The notes: generated by a model not told the origin, from the letters alone. DNA of 64,000 bases from an archaeon (GCA_024278335.1 JAJRTJ010000001.1:26481-90480), one strand, 5' to 3'. Counted from the first letter of the stretch, positions 44,816 through 54,168 are shown. Numbers and translations: made by a program.

Positions 44816-45970
44816 TTACCTTCCACAGCTAGGACTTCCACAACTACCCCCACATCCCCTCCCGCACCTTCCTCCACAGCTTCCTGAAGGTGCTACCTTT
44901 TTGTTTGCCTCTTCTATTTGCAAATCTGTAACCGATCCATTACTTGTAACAATAAATATTCCAGGAATCATTCCCATCCAACAACTCCATGAAATTATCC
45001 CTTCTTTATTTGGAGTAAATTTAATCACTTGCTTTCCTTTTTTTATATTAAATTTTAATCCTAATTTTGGGACTTGAATTGCATTATTACATCTGGTTAT
45101 TTCATTTCCATAAATTTTCCATTTTACTGGAACTCCTTTTTTCAAAACAAATCTGTCTGGAGTCCAGCCATTTTTGTCAACTTTCATTTCAATAACTTGA
45201 TAACCCCCTGAATCAACGATAATGTTTTGAGAAATTTCTTCTGCCCCTTTTATTTTTTCAATAATACTTGTAATATCATAACCCCCCCCACTTAAAACAA
45301 GCCCTCTGTTCAGCATAATCAATCCTAAAATTAAAACAAAAACTGCTGTAATTTTTAAAATTCTTTTAGTTGCTTTACGACTAATTATTGAGGTTAAACT
45401 GCCGAATCCAATCAAAACAGGAAGGGTTCCAATTCCAAATACCCCTAAAGATAAAAATCCCCCCAAAAAACTTCCTGTTCCAGCCGCATATAAATATAAT
45501 GCCTGCAAGGGTCCGCATGCAATAAACAATCCACTGAGTATTCCAGTCATAAAAGGGGCTTTGTAAAAACCCTTGGCATTGTTGGTTGTTTTTGAAGCCC
45601 ATTTGTCCAATAACTTTGGATTAAATTGAAAATGTCTGAAAAAGCTAATACCCAGTATACTCATAGCAAAAGCAATCATAAATAATCCTGCAAAGATGGC
45701 AACCCCTGCACGAAGTCCAACACTAAAAGCAAATGCTCCCCCAATCAACCCAAAAATCCCCCCAATAACAGAATAAGAAATAACCTTTGCACCCCCATAG
45801 ACAAAGTGCTGTTTTAATCCTTTATGCCCCTGCTGAGCATTCTTGGTTGTATATCCAATTACAAATCCCCCGCACATTGAGATGCAGTGAAAACCTGTTA
45901 AAAGACCTGCAAAAAATAACAGGAATAGGGAAGTTTTTTGAGAGTCAAGATTAAATTCAGGAAATTTTAT
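44816..45970 (-). CDS. DsbD_2/TauE-like membrane domain fused to a cupredoxin-like domain with a Cys/Gly-rich tail; the reading frame is open up to the TAA of the upstream HMA gene
   Basis: The motif GLLTGFHCISMCGG spans the track start codon (45877). The C-terminal domain has ...ITRCNNAI...WSCWMGMIPGIFIV (Cupredoxin_1-like). The tail is SGSCGGRCGRGCGGSCGSPSCGR. The 31 codons upstream (IKFPEFNLDSQKTSLFLLFFAGLLTGFHCIS) contain no ATG/GTG/TTG. Confidence 0.65.
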   Translation of the reverse strand: MKFPEFNLDSQKTSLFLLFFAGLLTGFHCISMCGGFVIGYTTKNAQQGHKGLKQHFVYGGAKVISYSVIGGIFGLIGGAFAFSVGLRAGVAIFAGLFMIAFAMSILGISFFRHFQFNPKLLDKWASKTTNNAKGFYKAPFMTGILSGLFIACGPLQALYLYAAGTGSFLGGFLSLGVFGIGTLPVLIGFGSLTSIISRKATKRILKITAVFVLILGLIMLNRGLVLSGGGYDITSIIEKIKGAEEISQNIIVDSGGYQVIEMKVDKNGWTPDRFVLKKGVPVKWKIYGNEITRCNNAIQVPKLGLKFNIKKGKQVIKFTPNKEGIISWSCWMGMIPGIFIVTSNGSVTDLQIEEANKKVAPSGSCGGRCGRGCGGSCGSPSCGR

Positions 45971-46270
45971 TTATCCAGTTATTTTGTAAAGAATAAATAA
46001 AAGCAATAAGACACTAATTCCAAAAATAATCCAAGCAATAATGTTTTTTTTGTTTATCTCCTTATTTTTTTTATTTTCTACTCCATAACCTTCATTTTTT
46101 ATAATTTGTTCAATTTCTTTTGCAGAGATTTTTTCAGGATAAAATTCAATTTCTGCTGTTTCTTTTGCAAAATTAATGGAAATGTTCTTAACCTTGTCTT
46201 TTAGCGCATCTTCAATTTTTTGTGCACAGGAATTGCAAGTCATTCCCTGAATCATAAAACTCTTTTTCAT
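45971..46270 (-). CDS. Heavy-metal-associated (HMA) domain protein with C-terminal TM
   Basis: MIQGMTCNSCAQKIEDAL (GMTCxxC) followed by the TM segment IIAWIIFGISVLLLLFILY. Confidence 0.8.
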   Translation of the reverse strand: MKKSFMIQGMTCNSCAQKIEDALKDKVKNISINFAKETAEIEFYPEKISAKEIEQIIKNEGYGVENKKNKEINKKNIIAWIIFGISVLLLLFILYKITG

Positions 46271-46318
46271 AAAATTTTCATAAAAATATTCCTTATAATT
46301 ACTTTGGAGAAACTAGTT

Positions 46319-46972
46319 TCATCTACTCCTCCCAACACCAACTTTCTTACAATATTTCTTAACAGGACACTTTGAACACCAAGGAGAAATCGGTTGACAA
46401 GTCCCTCTTCCAAATTGAACAAAGATTGCATTAAACTCCCCCCAATATTTTTTAGGCAAGATTTTTATCAATTCCTCCTCGGTCTTTTCTGCTGTTTTTG
46501 TTTTAACCCATCCTAATCTATTTGGAATCCTATGGCAGTGAGTATCAACAGGAATCACACATTCTCCAAAAGCAAAAGCCAAAACAATGTTTGCAGTTTT
46601 TGGTCCAATTCCTTTAATAGACATAAGATTCTCACGGGTCTTTGGAACTTTCCCATCAAATCTTTTCAAAAGTTCTTGAGAAACATGCTTTAGTGTCTGG
46701 GCTTTTTTCTTATAATGTCCTGAGGAAAAAATCAACTTTTCCAATTTTTTTGTTGAAAGAGCAAGGATTTTTTCTGGAGTATCTGCAACTTCAAAAAGTT
46801 GTTTTGAAACTTTTTCAGTGTTTTCATCCCGAGCCCTAAGAGAAAGCAAACATGCAATAAGAACTTTAAAAGCATCTGGACGCTTTCGCATACGATTCAA
46901 AGTTGTGTTTGAACTAGAAGTATATTTTTTAGACAAAATTTTCATCACAGGGGTTATTGTTTTGTTTTTCAT
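46319..46972 (-). CDS. nth: Endonuclease III (HhH-GPD DNA glycosylase with 4Fe-4S cluster)
   Basis: LMSIKGIGPKTANIVL, VDTHCHRIPNRLG and CQPISPWCSKCPVKKYC. Confidence 0.9.
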   Translation of the reverse strand: MKNKTITPVMKILSKKYTSSSNTTLNRMRKRPDAFKVLIACLLSLRARDENTEKVSKQLFEVADTPEKILALSTKKLEKLIFSSGHYKKKAQTLKHVSQELLKRFDGKVPKTRENLMSIKGIGPKTANIVLAFAFGECVIPVDTHCHRIPNRLGWVKTKTAEKTEEELIKILPKKYWGEFNAIFVQFGRGTCQPISPWCSKCPVKKYCKKVGVGRSR

Positions 46973-47439
46973 TATTTCAAAACAACAATATTATTCATTC
47001 CCCTTCTTTTTCTTTCAATAATCTGTTTTGCCTCCAGCTTATCAAGTAAGCGAGTCATTCCAACTTTGCCTATTCCTAATTTCTCTGCAATATCTGCCTG
47101 AAACATCCCCCCTTCTTTTTGCAGCATTTTAACAACTGTTTTTTCATTTTTATCTAATTGACTTAAATCAATTAAGTCTTTCTTTGATTTTTCTCTGATT
47201 TTCTTGATAATAATTTTCTCCTTTGGTTTTGTATTCATAATCATTATTCCAATAATAATTATCACTGCAACAACAGCAAAACTTACCCATGTCTGTATTT
47301 TAATTGTGTCATACATTGTGCATTGGTGTGTGCAAGTTGTCCCAACAATTTTTCTAAGAGAATAATTAAAAATCCAAACAATAAAGCCCATAACAATTCC
47401 AATTCCTATAATCAATCCCCCAACATGTTTATTTTCCAT
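46972..47439 (-). CDS. Membrane-anchored MarR-like winged-helix protein
   Basis: Two N-terminal TM segments, then ...MFQADIAEKLGIGKVGMTRLLDKLEAKQIIERKRRG. Confidence 0.5.
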   Translation of the reverse strand: MENKHVGGLIIGIGIVMGFIVWIFNYSLRKIVGTTCTHQCTMYDTIKIQTWVSFAVVAVIIIIGIMIMNTKPKEKIIIKKIREKSKKDLIDLSQLDKNEKTVVKMLQKEGGMFQADIAEKLGIGKVGMTRLLDKLEAKQIIERKRRGMNNIVVLK

Positions 47440-48190
47440 TTATCTTAATAACCTCTGCTTTTAATTCAATTTTTCTGCCAGATTCTTTTACTGCTTCCTC
47501 AACGATTATCTTTAATCCAAAACAGCAAGGAACTTCCATTATTAAAATATTAACTTCCTTTATATTATTTTTTAAAAAAATTTCTTTAAGCTTTTCTTTA
47601 TAAAATTCTTTATCATCTAATTTTGGACATCCAATAACCAGACTTTTTTCTTTCAAAAAATCATCGTGAAAATTCTTATATGCAAATGCAACGCAGTCTG
47701 CACAAATAAGTAATTTTTTGTTTTGAAAATATGGTGCTTCTGGATTAACAAGGCTAAGTTGAATTGGCCACTGACTTAATTCAGAATTTTCATTGGGTTT
47801 AATCTCCATACACCCCGGACAAGAAAATTGCTTTTCTTTAAAATCAATTTCAATATTTTTCTCCTTTAAAAATTCTTTAGCTTGATTTAAATACTCTATT
47901 TGCCCGTGTTCTTTTAAATGTTTTAGATGAGCCTTTATTGTATTTTCTCCTTGTTTTACAATATTTTCCATTACCTTTTTTTCATCATACGCCTCTGCTT
48001 CTCTTTCTTCTATTTCAATTGCTCCTTGAGGGCAATGCCCAACACATGCACCTAAGCCATCGCAAAACAAATCACTGACTAATCTTGCTTTTCCGTCTAT
48101 TATTTGAAGGGCTCCTTCTGGGCAGTTTGGAATGCAAAGAGAACATCCGTTGCATTTTTCTTCGCTGATTTTAATTATTTTTCTTTTCAT
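47429..48190 (-). CDS. 4Fe-4S dicluster domain protein
   Basis: CNGCSLCIPNCP and CDGLGACVGHCP ferredoxin motifs, plus a Cys-containing C-terminal domain. Confidence 0.7.
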   Translation of the reverse strand: MKRKIIKISEEKCNGCSLCIPNCPEGALQIIDGKARLVSDLFCDGLGACVGHCPQGAIEIEEREAEAYDEKKVMENIVKQGENTIKAHLKHLKEHGQIEYLNQAKEFLKEKNIEIDFKEKQFSCPGCMEIKPNENSELSQWPIQLSLVNPEAPYFQNKKLLICADCVAFAYKNFHDDFLKEKSLVIGCPKLDDKEFYKEKLKEIFLKNNIKEVNILIMEVPCCFGLKIIVEEAVKESGRKIELKAEVIKINGK

Positions 48191-48522
48191 TTAAACAAAG
48201 TTAATAAAAAAGCAGTATTTTCTTTTGCCTTTAATGAATGAAGCGCATTTGCATTCATGTAAATAAATACTCCTGGCTTCATCTTAATTTCCTCTCCTTC
48301 TAATTTAAAAATTCCTTCTCCTTCTAAAACATAGACTGTTCCAGCTTTTGTAGAAGTATGGTCGCCAATTTCTTTTCCAGAAGCCATGCAAAACAAAGTA
48401 ACATCTACTTCATCATTTTTCAGAACCTCTTTTGATAAAATTCCCCCTTCGGGATATTCAATCATGTCTATTATTTGTCGATTCATTTTACTTAGATTTA
48501 CCTCCTTTTTGATTCTCTTCAT
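48187..48522 (-). CDS. Cupin domain protein
   Basis: 111 aa with GDHTS...GTVYVLEGEG...HSL, a cupin-like pattern. Confidence 0.55.
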   Translation of the reverse strand: MKRIKKEVNLSKMNRQIIDMIEYPEGGILSKEVLKNDEVDVTLFCMASGKEIGDHTSTKAGTVYVLEGEGIFKLEGEEIKMKPGVFIYMNANALHSLKAKENTAFLLTLFK

Positions 48523-48895
48523 AATTTTTAATTGCTTTTTTGAGAGCTTGAATTCCCAAGATAGAGCAGTGGATTTTTATTGGGGGCATTCCTCCAAGTT
48601 TTTTTACAATATCATTTTTTGAAATCTTTTTTGCCTTTGCTAAAGTTCTCCCTTTTGCTAATTCACAAACAACATCAGATGTAGCAATAGCAGCTCCGCA
48701 CCCAAAAGTCTGAAATCCAATATCTGAAATCTCGTGGTTTTTAACTTTAATTTCAAGATGCATAATGTCCCCGCATTTCATATTTCCAACTTCTCCAACT
48801 GCATCAGGTTTTTTTAATCTCTTCACAAATTTTGGATTTGTAAATCGTTTCATTAATTTTTTTGAATATAATGTGTTGGTTTTCATTTCTCCCAC
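48488..48895 (-). CDS. iscU: IscU/NifU-like Fe-S cluster scaffold
   Basis: GNMKCGD, FGCGAAIATS and HCSILG, giving three conserved Cys. Confidence 0.85.
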   Translation of the reverse strand: MGEMKTNTLYSKKLMKRFTNPKFVKRLKKPDAVGEVGNMKCGDIMHLEIKVKNHEISDIGFQTFGCGAAIATSDVVCELAKGRTLAKAKKISKNDIVKKLGGMPPIKIHCSILGIQALKKAIKNYEENQKGGKSK

Positions 48896-49293
48896 ACCTC
48901 TGAATCTCTTGCTCCTTTCTTTTTTTCTTTAAACTTAAATCCAAACTTTTTGTAAAGTTTTCTTGAAGGATAGTCTTTTTTTCGAACACCAACAAGTAGT
49001 ATTTTCTTTCCTGCAATCTTTTCCGTTTTTTTTAATAAATCCCAAGCAATGCCCTTTCTTTGATATTTAGGAAGAACATATAAATCACAAATGCAAAGAG
49101 AATTTTTTTCAGACAAGAACATTAAATAAGCAATAATTTTTCTTCTCTCTTCTACAACTAAAGTATTTTCTATAAGTTTAGAATATTGCTTCTCCCACTC
49201 AACAACACTTTTTGGAGACCCTCTAGAATAAAGCCCCCTAACTAATTTCATTGTCTCTTCCCTATCTTGCAATGTTGCATAGTGTATTTTCAT
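48883..49293 (-). CDS. GNAT family N-acetyltransferase
   Basis: YVLPKYQRKGIAWDLLKK (Q/RxxGxG/A acetyl-CoA motif). Confidence 0.75.
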   Translation of the reverse strand: MKIHYATLQDREETMKLVRGLYSRGSPKSVVEWEKQYSKLIENTLVVEERRKIIAYLMFLSEKNSLCICDLYVLPKYQRKGIAWDLLKKTEKIAGKKILLVGVRKKDYPSRKLYKKFGFKFKEKKKGARDSEVWEK

Positions 49294-49490
49294 TCTTTAT
49301 TCAACTCCTTAACAATCTTTTCAACTTCTTTTTTTGACAAACCATGCCCTAAACAACCTTGTTCAAGAGTTTCCTCTTGTGCCATTGGACAATAAACACA
49401 GCCCATACCAACCTCCATTAAAACTTCTATGCCTTTCTCCCCTTTTTCTTCAAGGATTTTCCCTATTTTTGTGTTCTTTGTTATTTTCAT
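49290..49490 (-). CDS. DUF1858 / redox-disulfide small protein
   Basis: 66 aa with GMGCVYCPMAQEETLEQG, typical of DUF1858 as I recall it. Confidence 0.65.
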   Translation of the reverse strand: MKITKNTKIGKILEEKGEKGIEVLMEVGMGCVYCPMAQEETLEQGCLGHGLSKKEVEKIVKELNKE

Positions 49491-49493
49491 TTT

Positions 49494-50651
49494 CTAAGCC
49501 AACGGACTAATCTTCCGCAACCTCTCAACGGCTTTTTTAATTTTTTCAAGTGCATAATCAATCTCTTCTTTTGTTGTATATTTGCTGATTGAAATTCTTA
49601 CAGAAGAGTTTGCCTCTAAAGGAGTCTTACCCAAAGCAAGTAAAACATGGCTTGGTTCAAGATTGTGAGATGAGCACGCAGAACCAACAGAAGTAAAAAT
49701 TCCCTCAACATTCAAAAAGCTTCCAACAGATTCAGCTTCAATATTATTAAAACAAACATTAATGTTATTGCACAGTCTGTTTTTCCCATCTGCTCCATTT
49801 AGATTAACTTTAGGAATTTTCAAGAGTTCTTTAATAAAATAATCTCTTAACTTATACATAACTTTTACTTCTCTTGGAGAAGCAATTTTAATCGCTTTTG
49901 CAAAGCCAGCAATTCCAGCAACATTTTCCGTAGAGCTTCTCAACCCAAATTCATGCCCCCCGCCATGAAGCAACGGAGTAATACTAATCCCCTCCCTGAT
50001 ATACAAAGCTCCGACTCCTTTTGGTCCGTGAATCTTATGTGCATTTAAAGTCATTAAATCAATAAACTGCTTTTTTACATTAATTGCAACTTTTGTAAAA
50101 CTCTGGCAAGCATCTGTATGAAATAAAACTCCTTTTTCTCTGCAGATTTTGCCGATTTTCTCCAAATCCTGAATTGTCCCAATTTCATTGTTTCCGTGAA
50201 TAACAGAAACTAAAAAAGTCTTGTCTGTAATTGCAACCTCAATATCTTTAGGATTCACAAAACCATATGCATCAACATCAAGGTAAGTTATTTCTGCCCC
50301 CTGGCTTTCAATCCATTTGCAGGCATTTAAAATACAATCATGCTCAATCTTTGTTGTGATTATATGGTTCTTTCCTTTGTCTTTCATTTCAAAAAATAAT
50401 CCCTTAACTGCTGTGTTGTTGGCTTCTGTTCCAGAACCAGTAAAAATAATTTCCTTGTATTTTGCACCAATTGATTTAGCAACAATCTCCCGAGATTCTT
50501 CAATTGCTCTTCGCGCAGCCTCCCCCTTTAAATGAGTTGAAGAGGCATTTCCATATTCTTCTGTCTGATACTTCTCCATCACTTCTGCAACTTTTTCATC
50601 TACTTTTGTCGTTGCTGCATTATCTAAATATATTTCTTTCATCATACGCAA
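49494..50651 (-). CDS. nifS: Cysteine desulfurase (NifS/IscS class V aminotransferase)
   Basis: YLDNAATT, the HKIHGPKG PLP-lysine region, and the active-site loop SVGSACSS. Confidence 0.9.
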   Translation of the reverse strand: MRMMKEIYLDNAATTKVDEKVAEVMEKYQTEEYGNASSTHLKGEAARRAIEESREIVAKSIGAKYKEIIFTGSGTEANNTAVKGLFFEMKDKGKNHIITTKIEHDCILNACKWIESQGAEITYLDVDAYGFVNPKDIEVAITDKTFLVSVIHGNNEIGTIQDLEKIGKICREKGVLFHTDACQSFTKVAINVKKQFIDLMTLNAHKIHGPKGVGALYIREGISITPLLHGGGHEFGLRSSTENVAGIAGFAKAIKIASPREVKVMYKLRDYFIKELLKIPKVNLNGADGKNRLCNNINVCFNNIEAESVGSFLNVEGIFTSVGSACSSHNLEPSHVLLALGKTPLEANSSVRISISKYTTKEEIDYALEKIKKAVERLRKISPLA

Positions 50652-50953
50652 ATCTCACAAGATACGCATTTACTTCCGCAAAATGTTTGGGCATGGTTGT
50701 CAATTAATTTGAGAATAGGCAGAATTGTCTTTTTGTTTAAAGAATAGATTCTCTGCTTCCCTTTTTGTTCAGCTTCTACAATGTTGCATGATTTAAGAGA
50801 AGCCAATGCATGCGAAACTTTGCTTTGTTCTTCCTCAATTTTTTGTGAGAGTTCAGAAACACTTCTTGCTTTTTCTTTTAAACAAGAAATGATTTTTATC
50901 CTAAGAGGATTTGCAAGGTTGCTGAAAAAAATATGGTATGTTGATTTATACAT
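50642..50953 (-). CDS. ArsR-family wHTH regulator with C-terminal Cys cluster
   Basis: LANPLRIKIISCLKEKARSVSELSQ...SHALASLK; the tail is FCGSKCVSCEICV. Confidence 0.7.
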   Translation of the reverse strand: MYKSTYHIFFSNLANPLRIKIISCLKEKARSVSELSQKIEEEQSKVSHALASLKSCNIVEAEQKGKQRIYSLNKKTILPILKLIDNHAQTFCGSKCVSCEICV

Positions 50954-51056
50954 ATGAATAGAATTTCATACAAGTATATAAAGTTTATGGATGTTTTTTA
51001 CTATGTCATACAATTGTCGGGTTTAAATAAACAAAGACAACTGCATAGTCTGGGAA

Positions 51057-51127
51057 TGGGCGCGAGGGGAGTCTAACCCCTGTCTTCCGGGCTGGAGCCG
51101 AATATAATAACGTTATACTACGCACCC
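51057..51127 (-). tRNA. tRNA-Trp (anticodon CCA), no intron, short GG-less D loop
   Basis: Hand fold: GGGTGCG/CGCGCCC+A, anticodon stem TTCGG/CCGGA, loop CTCCAGC, T arm AGGGG-TTAGACT-CCCCT; 71 nt. Confidence 0.8.
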
Positions 51128-51204
51128 ATAAAACACTAAGAAATATCTTGTTTTTAAAATTGTTGATTAAGAACATTTAAAAATAAATAAACAACTAGAT
51201 TTAT

Positions 51205-51594
51205 ATGAATGATTCAAAATATTGTCATTGTCCTGAATTGCAAAATTTAAGAGAATTGAGAAATAGAGTAAAACAAGCAGAAAAAATCTATTCTCAAATG
51301 AGAAGTGAATCTCTTTTAGAAACTCCAGAAGAATTGGATGAAAGCGATATCTCTTTTTTAAGATTACTTGAAAAAAATAGGAGAAAATGCAATTCCTTTG
51401 ATGAAGAATATTTTGACTGCGTTAGTGAAAATCTGGAAAAAGAAAGGGTTATTCTCCTTTTAGAACAAAAGGAATATCGTTTTAATGATTTTGATGAGAT
51501 TCATGAAGATGCTTCTTCTTTAGAAGTCAGATGTTCTTCTTGCAGAGGATTTATAGATGAAATTCATTTACAGTGTTCTGAAGAAGGTTCATAA
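51205..51594 (+). CDS. Hypothetical protein
   Basis: Track ORF of 129 aa, acidic, Cys-containing; no family recognised. Confidence 0.35.
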   Translation: MNDSKYCHCPELQNLRELRNRVKQAEKIYSQMRSESLLETPEELDESDISFLRLLEKNRRKCNSFDEEYFDCVSENLEKERVILLLEQKEYRFNDFDEIHEDASSLEVRCSSCRGFIDEIHLQCSEEGS

Positions 51595-52001
51595 AATAAG
51601 AGATGGACCTCATTATTTTTATAAGTATAATGAACCCTTGATCCTTTATCAACCCTTCTGCTATAATGGTCTTCATGACTTAAAAATTCCTCTTTTGGAC
51701 CACCTTCTCCGATTTTTTTGATTGTTTCTGCTATTCTCCTGACATCTCCCCTGCTTCTAATCCCCTTAAGGAATTTATTTGCCCATCTAACTCTCAATCC
51801 CCTATTTGTCTTTGTTGGAAGTTTACCCTCAAGACTCTTTCTTGCCATAAACAAAACAATCCCTCCAATCATCAAGCCCAATCCAATAATTGAAACAATT
51901 CCAAAACTATTCCCAGAACCAATTGTCCATCCAGTTATGCCTTTAAGAGAAAGAAACTGCAGAGCAATTCCTGCCACAATTAAAGAGTAATCTAACCTCA
52001 T
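51564..52001 (-). CDS. Hypothetical membrane-anchored protein
   Basis: Two N-terminal TM segments followed by a soluble tail; no family recognised. Confidence 0.35.
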   Translation of the reverse strand: MRLDYSLIVAGIALQFLSLKGITGWTIGSGNSFGIVSIIGLGLMIGGIVLFMARKSLEGKLPTKTNRGLRVRWANKFLKGIRSRGDVRRIAETIKKIGEGGPKEEFLSHEDHYSRRVDKGSRVHYTYKNNEVHLLFYEPSSEHCK

Positions 52002-52046
52002 TATTTAGATTAGGAAAATTCTGTTTTTAAAATTATTGATTGATTT

Positions 52047-52772
52047 TCATCCCAATCTCTTAATCTCTTCAATTTCATCTGAAGTAATTGCACATCCATG
52101 AGATTTAAGAGCCCAAAGTAATGCATCTAAAACATCTCCTTTTTTTAAATCAATTAATCTCTTTTTATATGCAAGATACATTAATTCTGCAGACCTGATA
52201 AACTTAAAATTTTTAAATTCCTTAAAATTTTCATTCCTCATTTTAATTCTTAGATGAAGTTTTCTTTCCATAAGATTCTTTAAATTCTCTGGCTTTTCAA
52301 CAAGAATTCTGATTGTTCTTTCATCTACTACAATTACACTTTTTACTCCTTTGTTCTGAAGAATTTTGTTCAGTGCAAGGCATGACGATTCTCCTTTGCT
52401 TAAAATTTTAACCCCCCTTCCCCTGCTCTCAAAAATAGAATTTGCAAGACTGACAAATCTTTCTGTTTCAGCATTAATCTCTCTGTCTTTAATACCAATT
52501 GATTCTGGAAGTTCCAGCACCTTCTCTGACAGCAGTTTTTCAAGCATCATTGCTTGAAGCTCAAATCTTTTTATTGTTAATGGCTTGTCAATAATTTCTC
52601 TTTTAACTTCATGGGTAATCAAAAATTTTCCATGAAAATTTTCTCTTAATTTTTCAAGCTCTTCTAAAAGATTTTACATAGCAATACTAATTAAAGCTCC
52701 TGAATCAAAGATAATTGCCTTTTCTATTTTTTCCCCTTCTTCAATATTTTCTGGTTTTATTGACGGTATCAT
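52047..52772 (-). pseudogene. PIN-like domain protein interrupted by an in-frame TAA (52674-52676)
   Basis: From ATG 52772: MIPSIKPENIEEGEKIEKAIIFDSGALISIAM-TAA-NLLEELEKLRENFHGKFLITHEVKREII... all in one frame. IIFDSGALISIA resembles a PIN N-terminal strand. The track ORF begins at an internal TTG (52622). Confidence 0.5.
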
Positions 52773-53203
52773 TTTATCTTTTTTCCCATAATAACCATAT
52801 CCTTGCTTACACTGTATTTCATCTTTTTGTAAAATTTAAATGCTTCTGATTTTTTATGTGTGCTAAAATATATTGTAGCAACTTTTTTCTTTTTAGCAAA
52901 ATCTTCTAATCGCTCTACTAACTTTTTCCCAATTCCTTTTCTTTGAAATTTCCTTCCTACAACAAGTTCTTGAATTTCCCAATAAGTTCCTTTAGCATAA
53001 GGCTCTTCATTAGCAATAATCGCACCAATAATTTTATTTCCTTCAGTTGCAACAAATCCCAGGCCCTTTTTCAAAAAACTTCTTACTGCCTTTTGAGATG
53101 TGAAGTCAGTCCAGCCATCATTATAAGGTTTTTTATTAAATTCTGTTTTCACTAATTTTGCAATTGCATTAACATCTTTCAAAGTAGTTTTTCTTATTTT
53201 CAT
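52769..53203 (-). CDS. GNAT family N-acetyltransferase
   Basis: VVGRKFQRKGIGKKLVERL acetyl-CoA motif. Both ends overlap neighbouring genes by 4 nt. Confidence 0.75.
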   Translation of the reverse strand: MKIRKTTLKDVNAIAKLVKTEFNKKPYNDGWTDFTSQKAVRSFLKKGLGFVATEGNKIIGAIIANEEPYAKGTYWEIQELVVGRKFQRKGIGKKLVERLEDFAKKKKVATIYFSTHKKSEAFKFYKKMKYSVSKDMVIMGKKIK

Positions 53204-53763
53204 CTAAATATTTCCTCTGCAATTTTTATTCTGTCTTTTGCTCTAAGAGTTTTGTTTTCTGAAACATCTGAAAGTTCTTTCTGTCCAGAATAATTCGCAA
53301 GCTCCCATAATGTAATCCCAAGAATCCTTGCAGTCTGCTCCATTGAAATCCCATGCTCATAAATTTTTGATGCTTTGTTAATCTTTGCTTTTCTAAAAAT
53401 ATCTTCAATATATTTTTTCAGCTCTCCAGAAATTTTTGAAATTGCTTCTCGGATTTTTTTAATATCTTCTTTAAATGCAATTTCATTTTTGTTTTCTAAA
53501 TTTTCAATTGCCTTTTCTAATGCACTAAGAATTGTCTTATAAAATTCATCCCACCCTTCTAACTTGTGGTATTTTTCTCTTTCTATAATCTTGCTAAGTG
53601 AATAAACAATCACTGCAACGGCAATATTTCCTGGATCTTGAACAAGAGATACAGAATGAATTGTTTGATTGCTCAATTTTCTAAGTTTGTCTCCGTCCTT
53701 TGCTTCAAGAGCATCAGCAGTCTCTCGAAGAATACGCAAGACATTTCTCACCTCAACTACCAT
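53200..53763 (-). CDS. Hypothetical protein with C-terminal HTH-like segment
   Basis: 187 aa, helical, with ...ISMEQTARILGITLWELANY near the C-terminus. Confidence 0.4.
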   Translation of the reverse strand: MVVEVRNVLRILRETADALEAKDGDKLRKLSNQTIHSVSLVQDPGNIAVAVIVYSLSKIIEREKYHKLEGWDEFYKTILSALEKAIENLENKNEIAFKEDIKKIREAISKISGELKKYIEDIFRKAKINKASKIYEHGISMEQTARILGITLWELANYSGQKELSDVSENKTLRAKDRIKIAEEIFR

Positions 53764-53834
53764 ATTCTAAAATATATTTTATGGTTAATAAATCTTTCAA
53801 CATGTTTAAAAATTCCTTTAACAAACAAAATTAA

Positions 53835-54131
53835 ATGAAACCCCTAACAATTATGATAATTATTTTAATTTCTTTCATATCCGAAATACTGGAAAATAAT
53901 TTTATTTTTACTGTAAAAGTAATTGAACAACAAAATGAAGAATTGGTTGAGAATATTTCAAAAAATTACACTTGGACTACTGCAATTTGCAATCTTAAAA
54001 AAGAATGTATTGATGTTACAATTCATTGTGAAAATGGGAAAGTAAAATCTATCATTCCTTCTTCAAAATTAATTAAAAATCATGATTCTTGGATAGATCC
54101 CAGAGGCGATAAAATAGAATTTTGTTCTTAA
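53835..54131 (+). CDS. Small secreted/anchored hypothetical protein
   Basis: 98 aa with an N-terminal hydrophobic segment and four Cys. Confidence 0.35.
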   Translation: MKPLTIMIIILISFISEILENNFIFTVKVIEQQNEELVENISKNYTWTTAICNLKKECIDVTIHCENGKVKSIIPSSKLIKNHDSWIDPRGDKIEFCS

Positions 54132-54168
54132 GCCTTAGATTTTTATACTTCCCTTTCTTGTTTTTTTT

